64,000 bases of DNA, taken from positions 14,055 through 78,054 of the forward strand of contig CAZMRY010000001.1 of the NCBI GenBank assembly GCA_964568815.1, read 5' to 3'. Under the pieces are notes generated by a model. That model worked only from the letters and a program-made list of their open reading frames with translations, was not told where the DNA came from and did no database searches. Below are positions 62,786-64,000 of this stretch, one piece after another. The DNA comes from an uncultured Eubacteriales bacterium (GTDB lineage: Bacteria > Bacillota > Clostridia > RGIG6154). The position numbers and the translations under genes were made by a program. How positions within the stretch are numbered: the first letter of the stretch is position 1; every line of letters begins with the position of its first letter.

Positions 62786-64000
62786 TTAATTCTGCATTGT
62801 GAATTCTGCATTTTGCATTTGCACATTCCCTTCAACCGCTCCTTTAAGCAACTGTTCCTGCTCCATTGCTGCAGCTGCTCTTTGTTGTGCCTCTATCTGC
62901 TCCTGTTTCTGTTTTTCTATTTGTTCTTCAAGCTGTTTCTTGATTCTGTTTGCTCCGGGATAATGAAGTGTCGCCATTAAGGTCCAGAACATCATAAGAG
63001 AATTAAAGTCAGTCGGGTCACCAAAACAGCCTTTTTCAAAATTCATTCTTGTTTCCTGCCACATTGCCTCTCTCGAAGATGCAAGACTTCCTGATGGGTC
63101 AGTTGCAAATAAATAATCAAGGTTGTAATAATATTCTCCTGCTTCGTCTATGTCAATAAAGTCATACTTTGAAAGTTCCTCGAATACAACATTTCCCTTT
63201 TCATCTTCGTTATAAACAGGTCTCGGTTCATCAGCAAAAGCAATATACATCTTTGCCATAATTTCAAAAACCTTGCCATAACAAGCATTTTTCATAATCT
63301 TCTTGCTTTCAAGTCTGCCTGCAGTCTGCTTTGCTGCAAACTCTTTAGCAGTTCCGCTTGTTGCCGTCGGGTCTCTTCTTCCCTGAAAAGAATCTGTTAT
63401 ACCTAAGAGATTTCTTGCAATCTGATAAAGCCTGTCACCCTGCTCATAATTTCTTGAAACATCAGCCTGTGCCGTATATGTATCTATCATAGCCTTCTCT
63501 GCAGCATTTTCAATTTCTACCACCTTAAAATTATCGTCTGTAGTTTTGGTTTTCATACCCTTTGGCACTGTAAAGAAGCTTCCGCCTGTCAAAAGCTTTT
63601 CAATGGTATCTGTATCAATCTTTTTCAGTTCATTCTGCATATCCTTTATAACTTCAACATCAGACTCACCTAAAAACGAGCCGTATTTTGAAGTGTTTCT
63701 TCTCAAAACCACAGGATATATGTCAGGCTTGTAGTATTTAACTTTTGTGCCCTTTTCAAGCACAAGGGTCGGCACTATACTTCCGTCTTCATTTTTCTCT
63801 TCTCTTAAAACAAGGTCGTCGTCAATGATTTCATATTCCTCTGTCACCATCTCAAACTTTTTACTTCCGCAGTTGCACACCTTATTCATGCAGACCTCTC
63901 CGCACTTTTTGCATCTTCTCAGTTTTCTTGCCTGGTAGTCGTCTAAAAATTCAAGAAGTGTGTCATTAACCCAGCTTAAACGGCCGATACATCCGTCCTT
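62786..64000 (-). CDS. phage structural protein (possible portal), partial; the ORF continues upstream beyond the window end
   Basis: In-frame coding continues 5' of the annotated ATG at 63889 (...RRCKKCGEVCMNKVCNCGSKKFE is a Cys-rich zinc-finger-like stretch) with no stop up to position 64000. The C-terminus is Gln/Glu-rich and coiled-coil. Confidence 0.35.
   Translation of the reverse strand, partial: KDGCIGRLSWVNDTLLEFLDDYQARKLRRCKKCGEVCMNKVCNCGSKKFEMVTEEYEIIDDDLVLREEKNEDGSIVPTLVLEKGTKVKYYKPDIYPVVLRRNTSKYGSFLGESDVEVIKDMQNELKKIDTDTIEKLLTGGSFFTVPKGMKTKTTDDNFKVVEIENAAEKAMIDTYTAQADVSRNYEQGDRLYQIARNLLGITDSFQGRRDPTATSGTAKEFAAKQTAGRLESKKIMKNACYGKVFEIMAKMYIAFADEPRPVYNEDEKGNVVFEELSKYDFIDIDEAGEYYYNLDYLFATDPSGSLASSREAMWQETRMNFEKGCFGDPTDFNSLMMFWTLMATLHYPGANRIKKQLEEQIEKQKQEQIEAQQRAAAAMEQEQLLKGAVEGNVQMQNAEFTMQN

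Noticed and set aside
1-64000. Search for CRISPR arrays, rRNA, tRNA and IS/transposase genes
   Set aside because: No regularly spaced direct repeats with unique spacers, no rRNA-like or cloverleaf tRNA-like segments, and no DDE or IS-type transposase signatures were recognised. The only recombinase is the large serine recombinase of the intervening element. tRNA absence cannot be fully excluded without a covariance scan.

Overview
This 64-kb window is a low-GC Firmicutes (Clostridia-type, spore-former) chromosome segment with five recognisable blocks. (1) 1-15995: a minus-strand carbohydrate/sugar-acid locus (ABC permease fragment, GH127-like hydrolase, three Gfo/Idh/MocA oxidoreductases, TIM-barrel isomerase, class I mannose-6-P isomerase, SDR, UxuA mannonate dehydratase, AEC transporter). 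It contains a short PFL-fold glycyl radical enzyme with its radical-SAM activase, and a divergent AraC regulator. (2) 16717-20856: AAA ATPase, an alpha/beta-type SASP, a flavodiiron protein plus rubredoxin, and a ZIP metal transporter. (3) 20889-27800: two T-box leaders with consensus sigmaA promoters drive three unusual genes. These are a LeuA homologue with every catalytic motif substituted, a TIM-barrel::acyl-CoA ligase fusion, and an HTH-cupin::acyl-CoA ligase fusion. (4) 28452-39256: a CotJC-like manganese catalase gene on the minus strand, split within its conserved DIGTEELAH helix by a ~10.3-kb element bounded by a shared TACCTA core. The element carries a controller-like HTH, a Type I R-M system (HsdR plus a fused HsdM-HsdS), an uncharacterised Zn-ribbon protein, an overlapping unknown gene pair, a small ORF, and a large serine recombinase whose 3' end crosses the right attachment site. 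This looks like a sporulation-type intervening element carrying defence cargo. (5) 39357-64000: a phage-like late region on the minus strand with a 3246-aa polyvalent-type protein carrying two HExxH motifs, a holin/amidase lysis cassette, tail-fibre, capsid and scaffold genes. It also holds a tripartite HigB-HigA-SecB-like toxin-antitoxin-chaperone module, repeated palindromic intergenic elements, and a ~280-bp remnant of a paralogous giant gene at 28030-28305. No CRISPR array, rRNA, tRNA or transposase was recognised. All calls rest on motif-level reading of the translated ORFs and the DNA, since no searches could be run.
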